Below are positions 27,903-36,995 of a stretch of DNA of 46,795 nt, one piece after another. Positions within the stretch are counted from its first letter, which is position 1. Every line of letters starts with the position of its first letter. Source of the DNA: a virus (Duplodnaviria > Caudoviricetes); IMG/VR virus record IMGVR_UViG_3300026196_000009, positions 1 through 46,795 of that record. One strand, 5' to 3'. A program made the translations under genes and the position numbers. Below the pieces are notes generated by a model. The model was given only the letters and a program-made list of their open reading frames with translations, searched no databases and was not told the DNA's origin.

Positions 27903-28292
27903 TTACTGCACCAACGGGATGAAGTTAAAAATCGTAGGAGCACCCGGACTGACATTATTGTAAACAGTATGAGTCACTGTATTGCTATCTATTGATTCTG
28001 TTCCTGCTCCAACGCTATACGATGTCATGCGACACGTTAACACACCAACGGGCAGATCCGTTGCTGTAAGGCTTTCAGTGTCGTAACCAGTAACAGTAGC
28101 CGTATACGTGGGAATTGTTGTGGCTCCACTTAAATCACAATAAATTCTGTACTCGTCAATCTGCCAGGAAGGAGGGACGGGCTCTGAGAAAGCCGGTACT
28201 GGTTTGTTCCATGTAAACGTAGCCGTGGCTGCCTCAACATTTGAGTAGCACCCAGCGAGTAATAGAATAAATAAACTAAGTAAAAATCTCAT
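27903..28292 (-). CDS. exported fibronectin type III domain protein
   Basis: Signal/lipobox LLLAGC; TFTWNKP...IDEYRIY...LP...GTESIDSN; start placed at the ATGA overlap. Confidence 0.75.
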   Translation of the reverse strand: MRFLLSLFILLLAGCYSNVEAATATFTWNKPVPAFSEPVPPSWQIDEYRIYCDLSGATTIPTYTATVTGYDTESLTATDLPVGVLTCRMTSYSVGAGTESIDSNTVTHTVYNNVSPGAPTIFNFIPLVQ

Positions 28293-28732
28293 GACCCTGC
28301 TCCTGGAAAAAACTTTTCCCAAAATGCCCAGATAGATAATGATCCGGCGGATAAAGCGCCAAGTACCATTGCTGCGCGTCCAGATATTCGAATCCAGACT
28401 ACGCCTTGTTCGACTGGCCGCATAACTTCCATATGAGTAAGCAACTTATTTATATCCTCTCGTTGTTTAGCATTTTCCAGCGTATTTTGCTGCATAGCAG
28501 AGGCTAAATCCCTTAGAACTTCATTGGTTTCGTGCCTTATAGCTGTCTCTTCTTGACGATATATAGCTTCTTCTGCAATATGATCTTTTACCTCAAGCCT
28601 CAAATCACTAAAAGACACACTCATGATTTGCAGCTTATCATCAGTAGATGCTTGTATATCTGTAACACGTCTACCGATTTTGTGAAATTTAAGGTCGGTA
28701 GGGTCGTCATCTTCAAAAATTCTACTATCCAT
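28289..28732 (-). CDS. coiled-coil protein with C-terminal TM segment (lysis-cluster associated)
   Basis: Heptad-like core followed by AAMVLGALSAGSLSIWAFW. Confidence 0.65.
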   Translation of the reverse strand: MDSRIFEDDDPTDLKFHKIGRRVTDIQASTDDKLQIMSVSFSDLRLEVKDHIAEEAIYRQEETAIRHETNEVLRDLASAMQQNTLENAKQREDINKLLTHMEVMRPVEQGVVWIRISGRAAMVLGALSAGSLSIWAFWEKFFPGAGS

Positions 28733-28974
28733 TACTCGGACTCATGTGTTGCATCGATTATTACTTCAAGTTGTTCCGTATAATTCTTCATAGCATCATT
28801 ACGCTGCACTAGCTTCGTCCATACTGGATAAGGGATGGCATCAGCATCTTCAGGCGTAATACGTGGCAGTATAGGACGCTCAGGTCTGTCGAGTGGATTG
28901 GTCACATAGACAGGATCACATGCACAACCTGTAAGTAGTAACAGTAGGCTACCAATCGTTATCAAGTTGGTCAC
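28732..28974 (-). CDS. o-spanin (Rz1-like lipoprotein)
   Basis: GAGGAG RBS then GTG; lipobox LLTGC; Pro-rich; overlaps the i-spanin end. Confidence 0.75.
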   Translation of the reverse strand: MTNLITIGSLLLLLTGCACDPVYVTNPLDRPERPILPRITPEDADAIPYPVWTKLVQRNDAMKNYTEQLEVIIDATHESE

Positions 28975-29206
28975 GCTTTTTCTCCTCAAATGACTTAGTA
29001 CGATTAGCACGTTCTTTAGCTTGTTGACGTTCCAAAACTTCTTCAGCACGAGTCTTACGTCGATAAAATTCGTTACTCGTTTCCGCTACTTTTGCTTTAG
29101 TTTTAGACAAATCGAGCTCGGCATTTTTGCGGTCGAATACCAGTTTAACGATATACGCACCGACAGCTAACGCTGCAGCTAGGTAGTACTTAAGCTTTGT
29201 TAGCAT
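28949..29206 (-). CDS. i-spanin (Rz-like)
   Basis: N-terminal TM followed by charged coiled coil; within the lysis cluster. Confidence 0.7.
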   Translation of the reverse strand: MLTKLKYYLAAALAVGAYIVKLVFDRKNAELDLSKTKAKVAETSNEFYRRKTRAEEVLERQQAKERANRTKSFEEKKRDQLDNDW

Positions 29207-29399
29207 AATGAGAGGACCTCCATTCCCTACCTAACCATACAGCCATCAGCACACCGTAAGCTTGAGCGAACTCAGTTGCTGAAGTTATATCACCATTAAA
29301 ATACTTCCAGCATACTAGACCCAGGGGTACCAGCAGCAGCTGCATTGTGGTCGATTCTCTTGTCTTGCCAATTAAACTCATTAGTATGTCCAGACCCAA
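29190..29399 (-). CDS. putative holin
   Basis: 69 aa, two hydrophobic segments, basic C-terminus, next to the endolysin. Confidence 0.6.
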   Translation of the reverse strand: MGLDILMSLIGKTRESTTMQLLLVPLGLVCWKYFNGDITSATEFAQAYGVLMAVWLGREWRSSHYANKA

Positions 29400-29755
29400 G
29401 GTCGTAATCTGACACCGGGTATCTCACTGGCGTCGTCGATGTGTAACTGAAACTTACCATCCTTCTGCTTAACGCCGATACCGGTGAACTTAAACCAGAA
29501 AGCCAGCTTTATGAACTGGTGATAGTCTTCTCGCGGTATATTAGGGTCGACAGCCCTACCCTCCACATGGGCGCCGGTGAACGACTTGTTGTACTCTACG
29601 CATCGGTACCCCCCACCCACTACAGGACCAAAAGGTTTACCGTAAGCGTTGCGTAAAGCCTGAAGTCTCTGCATAAAGTCAGGATTCATCTTTGACTCGC
29701 CGCAACATGGGCATGCAAACTCATTCGCAGAAAAATTGGTTGTCAGGTCACCCAT
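29381..29755 (-). CDS. endolysin, peptidase M15A family
   Basis: NFSANEFACPCCG, GYRC, HVEGRAVD and LHID zinc-ligand motifs. Confidence 0.9.
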   Translation of the reverse strand: MGDLTTNFSANEFACPCCGESKMNPDFMQRLQALRNAYGKPFGPVVGGGYRCVEYNKSFTGAHVEGRAVDPNIPREDYHQFIKLAFWFKFTGIGVKQKDGKFQLHIDDASEIPGVRLRPWVWTY

Positions 29756-30117
29756 CAGGAATCAAGCTGCCTCGTCATTGGGGTTAGTCGGATACCAGAT
29801 TTAATGTCACCTCTGCTATCTCTATCGAAGTCCACAGTCCATGGTACGTGCTCCTGTACGGGTTCCGGGGTCTTCTGCTGCAACATCAGCACCGCTTTGG
29901 TAAGCTCGCTGACATCGGTGGACTTTAACTCTTTTTGATCAATGGCCGCAACCACTTTAGTGACAGCCTCGGTGAGAGCTATCTGGGCAGCAGCTTGTGC
30001 GGCCATAGTCGCCCGCATCTCATCTACCATCTCTCTGAGCCCGGATACCTCGATCAGCTTGGGTAGCCTCTCATGCTCAGCACCCAGCATCATTGCTCTT
30101 TTTAATTCGTCCGACAT
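29755..30117 (-). CDS. hypothetical protein with C-terminal RDxxGxI motif
   Basis: 120 aa, coiled N-terminus, VDFDRDSRGDIK. Confidence 0.7.
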   Translation of the reverse strand: MSDELKRAMMLGAEHERLPKLIEVSGLREMVDEMRATMAAQAAAQIALTEAVTKVVAAIDQKELKSTDVSELTKAVLMLQQKTPEPVQEHVPWTVDFDRDSRGDIKSGIRLTPMTRQLDS

Positions 30118-32114
30118 AGCTTGATAGCCTCTATCATCTCTTTGCGACTTTGAATGTCATCCCACGCTTTCTGTGCCGGTATCTTAACCTTCACAGAGGT
30201 GCCTGAGTCGTCCTTCACAACGCGTTCAACTACAGTGTCACCGAAGTCCTGCTTCATACTTACGGTGTTCTCCTGCATCACCACAGGCTCAGCAGCGCCT
30301 GCATCCTGCTTTGGCACCTTACCCCGCGGCCCAACTATGCTCAGTGCCATGTCATCGAAGATCTGCTCTACAGTAATATCTATGCCTTGAGCCTTCAACT
30401 CTGCCTGCTTGGCTACAACATACGCTGGCATCAGCTGGGCACTCAAGCGAGAGGTGTGTTCACCCTGCCGACCAGTGGCTTGTATCTGTGATTTGAACTT
30501 CTCATAGCCAGCCTCGGCTGCGGTCATAGACTCCTGATCCAGGCGGGCTTTAGCAATGATATCCTGCACTCCCTTCACGTCGACCTTAGCTTCAAGCTCA
30601 TTCAGGGACATCAGGTCCTCGCGCACCTTGAGGTAGGGTCTGACCTGTGTCAGTACCTCTTCATTGCTCACGAAGTCCCGGATAAAATCCTGCATACCTA
30701 TGGCCACATCAGCACCAGTCCCGTCGAGCTGGGACTTTACGTACTCTGGCATGCTCTCCAGCGTGCTTGCTATGTTAGCGGGCATGTACACGGTGGCGTC
30801 CTCAGATACAGTCTTGATGTAGTCTTCGAATGCCTCAGGGGATCTCTGTCCGGTAAGGCTAGACTGAGCGAGGGCGATGTGGCTATCTAACCAATCCTGG
30901 GACTCAGCAGAGGTCAGTCGTGTAGCAGCAACCTTGAGTGCCGCGTCGTTCGCTCTTTGGCCTCGGGTAGCCAAGTGGTTGATCCCCGCCAAACCTGCTG
31001 ACATAGACCCGCCTCCGATTACGGTGGAGCCGAGGGTGATTATCTGACGCTCTAATTGTAACTTGACAACATCCTGCCAGGTCTTAGCGTTAGCAATCTC
31101 TTCATCCAGCCCAAAGCTGTAGTCCCATGCGGACTCAAGACCTGTGGCCGCTTGCTCACCTATCGCCTCCTTTCCAAACCAATCGGCTATACGCTTAGCA
31201 ACCCCTGAGGTTCCCATCTTTTTGGCGATGGCACCGAGGGCCTTGACGTTGAACATCTCTGTCACGCCCTCTATCATGCCTGTGCCCACGCCGTACTGAA
31301 TGGCTTCTCCTCTGGACTTACCGGCCACCATAGCGTCACCGGTAGCCTCAAATGTAGCCTTACTTACAAGATATGGGAGCAGTGGGTTTATCCGACCTTT
31401 GGTGGCCAGCAGGACAGCGGTGGGCGCGAGGTTGTCCACCAGCATCTGCACACCACCTCTGAGAGACTGACCCCCGAGGCCCATGTTCTGTGGGGTTAGT
31501 CGGGATATTTCCGATTGAGCCGTCTCAATGTTAGTTTTAGCCAGCTGCCTGATCTCGGCGATACCGGCGTCAGTCAACTCAGGATACCCGGCTGCAGCTG
31601 GGTCACCGGTGTCCGGGCGTTTCAGGTTACCAGCAGAGTTGGCCCAGAAATCGTCGAGCACGCGTTTAGTCTCGCCAGAGTAGGACATCTTCATGTCTTC
31701 GAATGCTTTAGCCAGACCGATCTGAAATGTATCGTCAAAGTTAGCATACCATGCCCGATCATCGCGCTGGCGGGTTCTGATGTTCTTCTCGATACCCTCT
31801 AGCACGTCGATATCATCGTATGATACTTCAGCATTCTTGGGATTCTTCAGCCACTCGGAGGTCTTAGGACTGCGCAGTGGCATCTCCGCGACATTGAGGT
31901 CTCTCAGGGTACTCTGGCGCTTAAGCTCGGGTAGGTTGGATTCTGCCACAGATTGGGGCACCTGCATCTTGGTGCTGATGCGCTGGGCCTCTGCGGCGGT
32001 GTCAGGATTGCGACGTGAGGCGTAGTCCAGGGAGTCTCCGGGATTATTGTTCTGCTTCTCGTACTCATCAACGAACTCACCGAACATCTCCCTCTGTTGG
32101 TCATTGAGTGGCAT
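30102..32114 (-). CDS. internal virion (ejection) protein
   Basis: 670 aa helical protein with Gly/Ala-rich segments; third gene after the nozzle. Confidence 0.65.
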   Translation of the reverse strand: MPLNDQQREMFGEFVDEYEKQNNNPGDSLDYASRRNPDTAAEAQRISTKMQVPQSVAESNLPELKRQSTLRDLNVAEMPLRSPKTSEWLKNPKNAEVSYDDIDVLEGIEKNIRTRQRDDRAWYANFDDTFQIGLAKAFEDMKMSYSGETKRVLDDFWANSAGNLKRPDTGDPAAAGYPELTDAGIAEIRQLAKTNIETAQSEISRLTPQNMGLGGQSLRGGVQMLVDNLAPTAVLLATKGRINPLLPYLVSKATFEATGDAMVAGKSRGEAIQYGVGTGMIEGVTEMFNVKALGAIAKKMGTSGVAKRIADWFGKEAIGEQAATGLESAWDYSFGLDEEIANAKTWQDVVKLQLERQIITLGSTVIGGGSMSAGLAGINHLATRGQRANDAALKVAATRLTSAESQDWLDSHIALAQSSLTGQRSPEAFEDYIKTVSEDATVYMPANIASTLESMPEYVKSQLDGTGADVAIGMQDFIRDFVSNEEVLTQVRPYLKVREDLMSLNELEAKVDVKGVQDIIAKARLDQESMTAAEAGYEKFKSQIQATGRQGEHTSRLSAQLMPAYVVAKQAELKAQGIDITVEQIFDDMALSIVGPRGKVPKQDAGAAEPVVMQENTVSMKQDFGDTVVERVVKDDSGTSVKVKIPAQKAWDDIQSRKEMIEAIKLCRTN

Positions 32115-33837
32115 TGAGAGCGTCCTTATACATCTTCAGATAGTGCATACGTTTAGTAGGGTCGGAGATATAAGTTATGTCTATGCCCCGGGCTTTCTGC
32201 AGCTCTGCTTTAAGATCGTCTAGCAGCTCCGGTGTCTCACGCTCTATAACCCGCCATTCAAACTCATCTATGGTAGCCTGCTTGTTATCCGGGTTGCCGT
32301 CCCTCCACGCTGATTCGCGCAAGTACTTGCGTTGAGCTGCGGTAGTGTTGGGGTTTAGGTACGAGTCTATTCTGTCGTCCATGTTATTAACGTCGTAGGC
32401 TTTGTCGTCCCATATGTTGCCGGAGCCGGGAGCTGTACTCATCGCGGCGTTGATGTACTCAGTAGTTTCTCGGTCAGAAGGTGCAACGCCGGTCTTATCC
32501 TTCTGCAGGGAGTACCACGTCAGCACATCGGATCGGATGTTTTGCTTCTTCTCATCACTTATAGTGACGCTCTGCAGGATGTTGTTCAGCACTGTGGCAG
32601 CTGAGATAAGCTCGTCATTGTTGCCAGCCTTGAACTTGTAGAACATCTCGTAGTCGGACGGCTTCAGGGCGTTTGAGTACAGCATGTAATCTCTGTCAAA
32701 CTCGGCTTTCTTGATCTTGCCACCCTGGGCGTCGATCATACTCTGGTAAAGCTTCTCCCACGCCTGCTTATCTGACACCTTACGCACGGTACCGGCCAGC
32801 CTATTGGCTGCTATCTGCTCCAGGTTATCGCGCTGAGGGGGACTCAGGGATGACCACAGGGAGAAAGCCTGTTCGTTCTTCGGGTCTTTGTAGAAGCTGA
32901 CTGGGGTATCGCCCATGCCAACCCCCAGGTGTATCTCATCGTATGAGTTGTTCTGTACTTCAGTCTCGGTCACCAGGTTAGTAGAGTACGCCTCGTTGAA
33001 TGCATCTTTAACCGCATTCATCTTGAGTGGGTCCTTGGCATGGTCTTTGTAGATCTGGCGCAAAGCCTGGTTACGATCCAGACCTTGATCGATGTACCGG
33101 AACGCCTCACCCTGGGCCTCAGCAATACGCAGCTGAGACTTAGCCTCGTCACGCAGTTGCTTGACTACAGCGGGGTCGATGAATTGAATGAACCCAGACT
33201 TATCGTTGAGTGCGTCTATGCGGTCTTGTGGGTCCATGCCTCTCAGTTTTGTCTGGGCCATGTTGGACCGGGTGGCCTCAGCTTTATTCTGGGCATACTC
33301 GTATGTGACCACGTTCATCTTGGCCGCAGCGTCAAGCCTGGTCTTGATGGTGTTGTATGCTTCAACCACGTCGCCGTCATTGTTCAGGGTAGTTCTGGTG
33401 AGGGTGTCGATCTCGTCCTCGATGGTAGAACGCTCCTGGTCCTTCTCTTTCTCCCCAGCAACTTGAAGTATGCGCTGGCGACCTTGCTCCTGCATGACAT
33501 CAACTTCACTAACAAACCGGTCACGCACGCGTGCATCTGTGATCAGGCTCGCGCCTACAGCTGATGCTTCCGACATGTTGTGCGTGTATTCCTGATCAAA
33601 AGCGTCAAAGTCTTCACGGTCATTGTACGCGTTGTCCTGCTCAGCCTTGACCATCAGGAACTTGGCTTTAGCTTTGGAGTACTCAGACTCGTCACGGATC
33701 TGCGCAAGCTGGTTTACATCCTTGGATATGTAGTCAAGGGCCTCTTGGGTATGAGCGCCAGGCAGCCGAATGATGGGTTGTTGACGCCCACCTGGGGCGA
33801 CGTTGCCTACCGCATTAACGTCAGGTATTGTGGCCAT
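32101..33837 (-). CDS. internal virion (ejection) protein
   Basis: 578 aa, MATIP N-terminus, coiled-coil; synteny with podovirus core genes. Confidence 0.65.
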   Translation of the reverse strand: MATIPDVNAVGNVAPGGRQQPIIRLPGAHTQEALDYISKDVNQLAQIRDESEYSKAKAKFLMVKAEQDNAYNDREDFDAFDQEYTHNMSEASAVGASLITDARVRDRFVSEVDVMQEQGRQRILQVAGEKEKDQERSTIEDEIDTLTRTTLNNDGDVVEAYNTIKTRLDAAAKMNVVTYEYAQNKAEATRSNMAQTKLRGMDPQDRIDALNDKSGFIQFIDPAVVKQLRDEAKSQLRIAEAQGEAFRYIDQGLDRNQALRQIYKDHAKDPLKMNAVKDAFNEAYSTNLVTETEVQNNSYDEIHLGVGMGDTPVSFYKDPKNEQAFSLWSSLSPPQRDNLEQIAANRLAGTVRKVSDKQAWEKLYQSMIDAQGGKIKKAEFDRDYMLYSNALKPSDYEMFYKFKAGNNDELISAATVLNNILQSVTISDEKKQNIRSDVLTWYSLQKDKTGVAPSDRETTEYINAAMSTAPGSGNIWDDKAYDVNNMDDRIDSYLNPNTTAAQRKYLRESAWRDGNPDNKQATIDEFEWRVIERETPELLDDLKAELQKARGIDITYISDPTKRMHYLKMYKDALNATQ

Positions 33838-33839
33838 GG

Positions 33840-34337
33840 TTATCGACCCCCATAAGGTGATGGTGGTCTTTTAGCTTTAGCAAAGTATGACTCAGGTGCG
33901 CCGCCGGAGCTTGGGAACGAGGATGACATGCCAGCTATGTTGGTGAACACTTTAAGCATGCCAGCTCGGTAAGCCTGGTCTCCCTGCAGTTTGGCCGCCT
34001 TAGCTGCAAACTCAGAACTTCTGGCTTCAGCCTTGGCGTCGTATAGGGAGTTCAGCGAGGCTATGGTTGTCTGCTTCTTAATCTTGGCCAGCATCGCACT
34101 GTCGACCACACCGCCCTGTGCCACCATCGCTGCTGTAGCGTTGGATTCCAGTGCTCTCCCTTCGCCCCTGATGTTAGCAGAGTTGATGTCGCCGTTACGC
34201 AGAGAGACTCGTGCGTTCTGTTGGTACTGCTGTCCTGTGAAATTGCCGGACTGTCTCGCGTTGGTAGCGGTAGAGTAGTTACCTAGTGAGTCCAGTATTG
34301 ATGTTGACAGCCTCAGGAAATCTATTTTCTCAGCCAT
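33840..34337 (-). CDS. small internal virion protein (T7 gp14-like)
   Basis: 165 aa, Ala/Gln/Gly-rich, AAMVAQGGVVD; directly after the nozzle. Confidence 0.65.
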   Translation of the reverse strand: MAEKIDFLRLSTSILDSLGNYSTATNARQSGNFTGQQYQQNARVSLRNGDINSANIRGEGRALESNATAAMVAQGGVVDSAMLAKIKKQTTIASLNSLYDAKAEARSSEFAAKAAKLQGDQAYRAGMLKVFTNIAGMSSSFPSSGGAPESYFAKAKRPPSPYGGR

Positions 34338-36990
34338 TTTGGGTAGTGCTCTTAGGTACGTTGATCTGATATTCCAATCCTAGCACAGTCACTGGTCCGT
34401 CCGCCTGCAAATATAAGCGTGGATCAGGTGCGGATATCCCATTGAATCCTGTGGCATCTGTCTGCAGCTCAGAGATAACCGAACCTGTCAGAGGGCCTGC
34501 GAGATCCAGCAAGTGATCGAAGTCCCTGCCGTACTTAAGAGATCCTGGAATGTAATTCTGTAACACAAGTCCTATGTTGGATACCAGCTTAGGCTTAGCA
34601 AACGAGTACCGGGAGTTAGACAGATACTGAGTTAGCTTGTTGGACGTGTACTGTGCGGTGTACTTGAGGCCCACAATAGCCTGTGTTGGGGTACCAGTAA
34701 AGTCGGCTCCGATATCGATAGCACCAGATGCGACCGTGTAGCCCGCAGTATTAGTACGTATGCCATCGAGGTACACATGCACGGTCTCACCCTCGAGATG
34801 ACCCAACCCTGTGAAGGCAGAAGTAGCTGGTGACGCATAGGTGACACAGGAGTCCAACGGGTAGGGATTCTCGAAGGTAGATAGTTTCTCTACCAACACG
34901 TTGCCCCCACGCTCGACTAATAGCCACAGTTCATCCTCTCCCAACTGCGGTACGACGCACATATCCTTAACTGTACCACCAGTCATGGTGACTCTAGCCC
35001 ACCCTTGCACGCCCTCTGTAGGCTCGTTCAGGAGCACGCGGAGTTCACCAGTAGTAGTCAGTGCTATGAGGCGTTTCTCGGGGTGACGTAGGCACACGAT
35101 AGCATCGATGCCATCACCGCATATACTTGGGTGGAACAGCATCTGATCTGAGGTTACAAGGCCTTGCCCGGCCTGGTACACGATCCGGCTAATCTTCTTG
35201 GAGTCACGGGTGACATAGTAGATATCGTCGTCGACCGGCAGTGCCCTGACTGCAGCGCACCCACCACCTTTGTGAGGCTTCAGGTTGGTATTCAGCGGAG
35301 TCAGGGGACTGTCGTAGTTGTCAGAGCGTATCAGCACCTCGGTGGTGGGGAGTCCGAGCATCAGCCCATTGGTGCTCTCTACCCATGAGATATCGTCCAC
35401 AGGGCCAAACCCTATGGTCTTGGAGATAGCGTCCGTAACGACTCCCTCCTCATCGTCGAAGCTGTAGTAATCATCGATCTTGGTCATATCGACCCTATTC
35501 TTGCTGGCCCATACCACCCGACCCTCGTAGATTGTGACACCTTGAGGGTACTTGCCCATCCTCCACGCGCCGAGATACCAGTACACTGATGGAGTAACCT
35601 CGGTACCTGCGTAATATGGAGTTCTGAGGAGATTTACGAAGATACTAGAGGCATTGTTCTGAGCGGTTATCTTGCCCACTCCAGCCATACCAGTGTATAC
35701 GTACTTAATCTCGGTCTTAATGGTCCCGCTTGTATATGCTGTGCAGGAGAACCGGTAGTCTGTAACTATCCCATCATTCCTATCGGATACGATCTCGGAC
35801 GTGTTAAAACTGGTAGATACAAAAGTTCGGACGTCAACGTACGATCCCAGCTTATCATCCCAACGCTGCAACACGACTGTGCCGCTTCCGCCCACGATAT
35901 TGATAAACACATCCCTGTTATCGCCGAACCCCCCGATGGCACATATCTGGTCACTGTCTCCTGTAGCGCCGAAGGAGAACGTAGCTACCCTCTCGGGCTG
36001 TGCTACTTTGACGAGACTGTTAAGCCAATCAAAGTCTGATCCGTGAAACAGATCAGCATCAGAGGTCAGCGTGGTGATACTGTTATACCCTGTAAACTCA
36101 CACCCGACCTCGGTACCGTTGATGTCCATGTATGGGCCATCTATGAAGAAGTAGTCTTCGAAAGTAAAAGTGTTGTTGGCTCCTCGGCGTACGATCCTTG
36201 GGGCGTTATTGGATCCCAAAGCTAAAAACATAACATCAGCTGAGGTGTCATAGGATATTTTACGGTAATCAGCGTCTGGAACAGTGAACTCTAGGTTCCC
36301 CGCAGTCAGCGCGTATAGCCCTACAGAGGCCCTGGGCTTACCGTTCCCAAACTCTTTGCCTATAGACGACACCGTAATTGTGTAGCTTGTGGTTGTTGGG
36401 GTAAAGCAGAGGACCTGCTGACCCGGGTATAGTGTCATGTCGACAAGATCGTTAGCGTTTGAGCTGCTACCCTCTCCAATCCTAATGTGTGCGGGAGCCG
36501 TGTAGCATGTACACATTAGGGTTTGTAGGGTGCTCGCTGTAACCCCTGTTATCACATAGTACCCTGAGTCCCCATACTCCATCTGCAACCTTTGATGAGG
36601 TACCGGTGATGTGCGCGCCACATTAGTAGGGGACCCTGTAAGGGTTGTCCACGCTGTTACAGTAGGCATCGCTACCGTATCCGCTGACATAGCCACAGGA
36701 AGTCCATCGATCAGGGGTCTCATGGTGGTGCCAGAGAACTCCAGCTTCACTGTGTCCCCTATTGATCGAGTGAGTGGTATGAGCGCGCGATTAGCGCTGA
36801 GATTAGTTGGGTCTGCTGCGTAGCCGATGAACTCTGTGCCGGGTCGGTAGGACATTGGCCCCAATCTCTCGGGGAGGAAGTTCTCCATTAGCTGACATGA
36901 GTCTATAAGCTCAGTGACATCATTACGTGCCAGAGCCTTGCTGTCTACCTCACCCCTATTGAACCGGTTGAATACGTCTTCGACGGCCAT
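34330..36990 (-). CDS. tail tubular protein B / nozzle
   Basis: FNRGEV, ENF...GPMSYRPGTEF, SADVM, GKYPQGVTIYEGRV, GWAR, GLGHLEGETV, VGLKYT. Confidence 0.9.
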   Translation of the reverse strand: MAVEDVFNRFNRGEVDSKALARNDVTELIDSCQLMENFLPERLGPMSYRPGTEFIGYAADPTNLSANRALIPLTRSIGDTVKLEFSGTTMRPLIDGLPVAMSADTVAMPTVTAWTTLTGSPTNVARTSPVPHQRLQMEYGDSGYYVITGVTASTLQTLMCTCYTAPAHIRIGEGSSSNANDLVDMTLYPGQQVLCFTPTTTSYTITVSSIGKEFGNGKPRASVGLYALTAGNLEFTVPDADYRKISYDTSADVMFLALGSNNAPRIVRRGANNTFTFEDYFFIDGPYMDINGTEVGCEFTGYNSITTLTSDADLFHGSDFDWLNSLVKVAQPERVATFSFGATGDSDQICAIGGFGDNRDVFINIVGGSGTVVLQRWDDKLGSYVDVRTFVSTSFNTSEIVSDRNDGIVTDYRFSCTAYTSGTIKTEIKYVYTGMAGVGKITAQNNASSIFVNLLRTPYYAGTEVTPSVYWYLGAWRMGKYPQGVTIYEGRVVWASKNRVDMTKIDDYYSFDDEEGVVTDAISKTIGFGPVDDISWVESTNGLMLGLPTTEVLIRSDNYDSPLTPLNTNLKPHKGGGCAAVRALPVDDDIYYVTRDSKKISRIVYQAGQGLVTSDQMLFHPSICGDGIDAIVCLRHPEKRLIALTTTGELRVLLNEPTEGVQGWARVTMTGGTVKDMCVVPQLGEDELWLLVERGGNVLVEKLSTFENPYPLDSCVTYASPATSAFTGLGHLEGETVHVYLDGIRTNTAGYTVASGAIDIGADFTGTPTQAIVGLKYTAQYTSNKLTQYLSNSRYSFAKPKLVSNIGLVLQNYIPGSLKYGRDFDHLLDLAGPLTGSVISELQTDATGFNGISAPDPRLYLQADGPVTVLGLEYQINVPKSTTQNG

Positions 36991-36995
36991 GGGTG

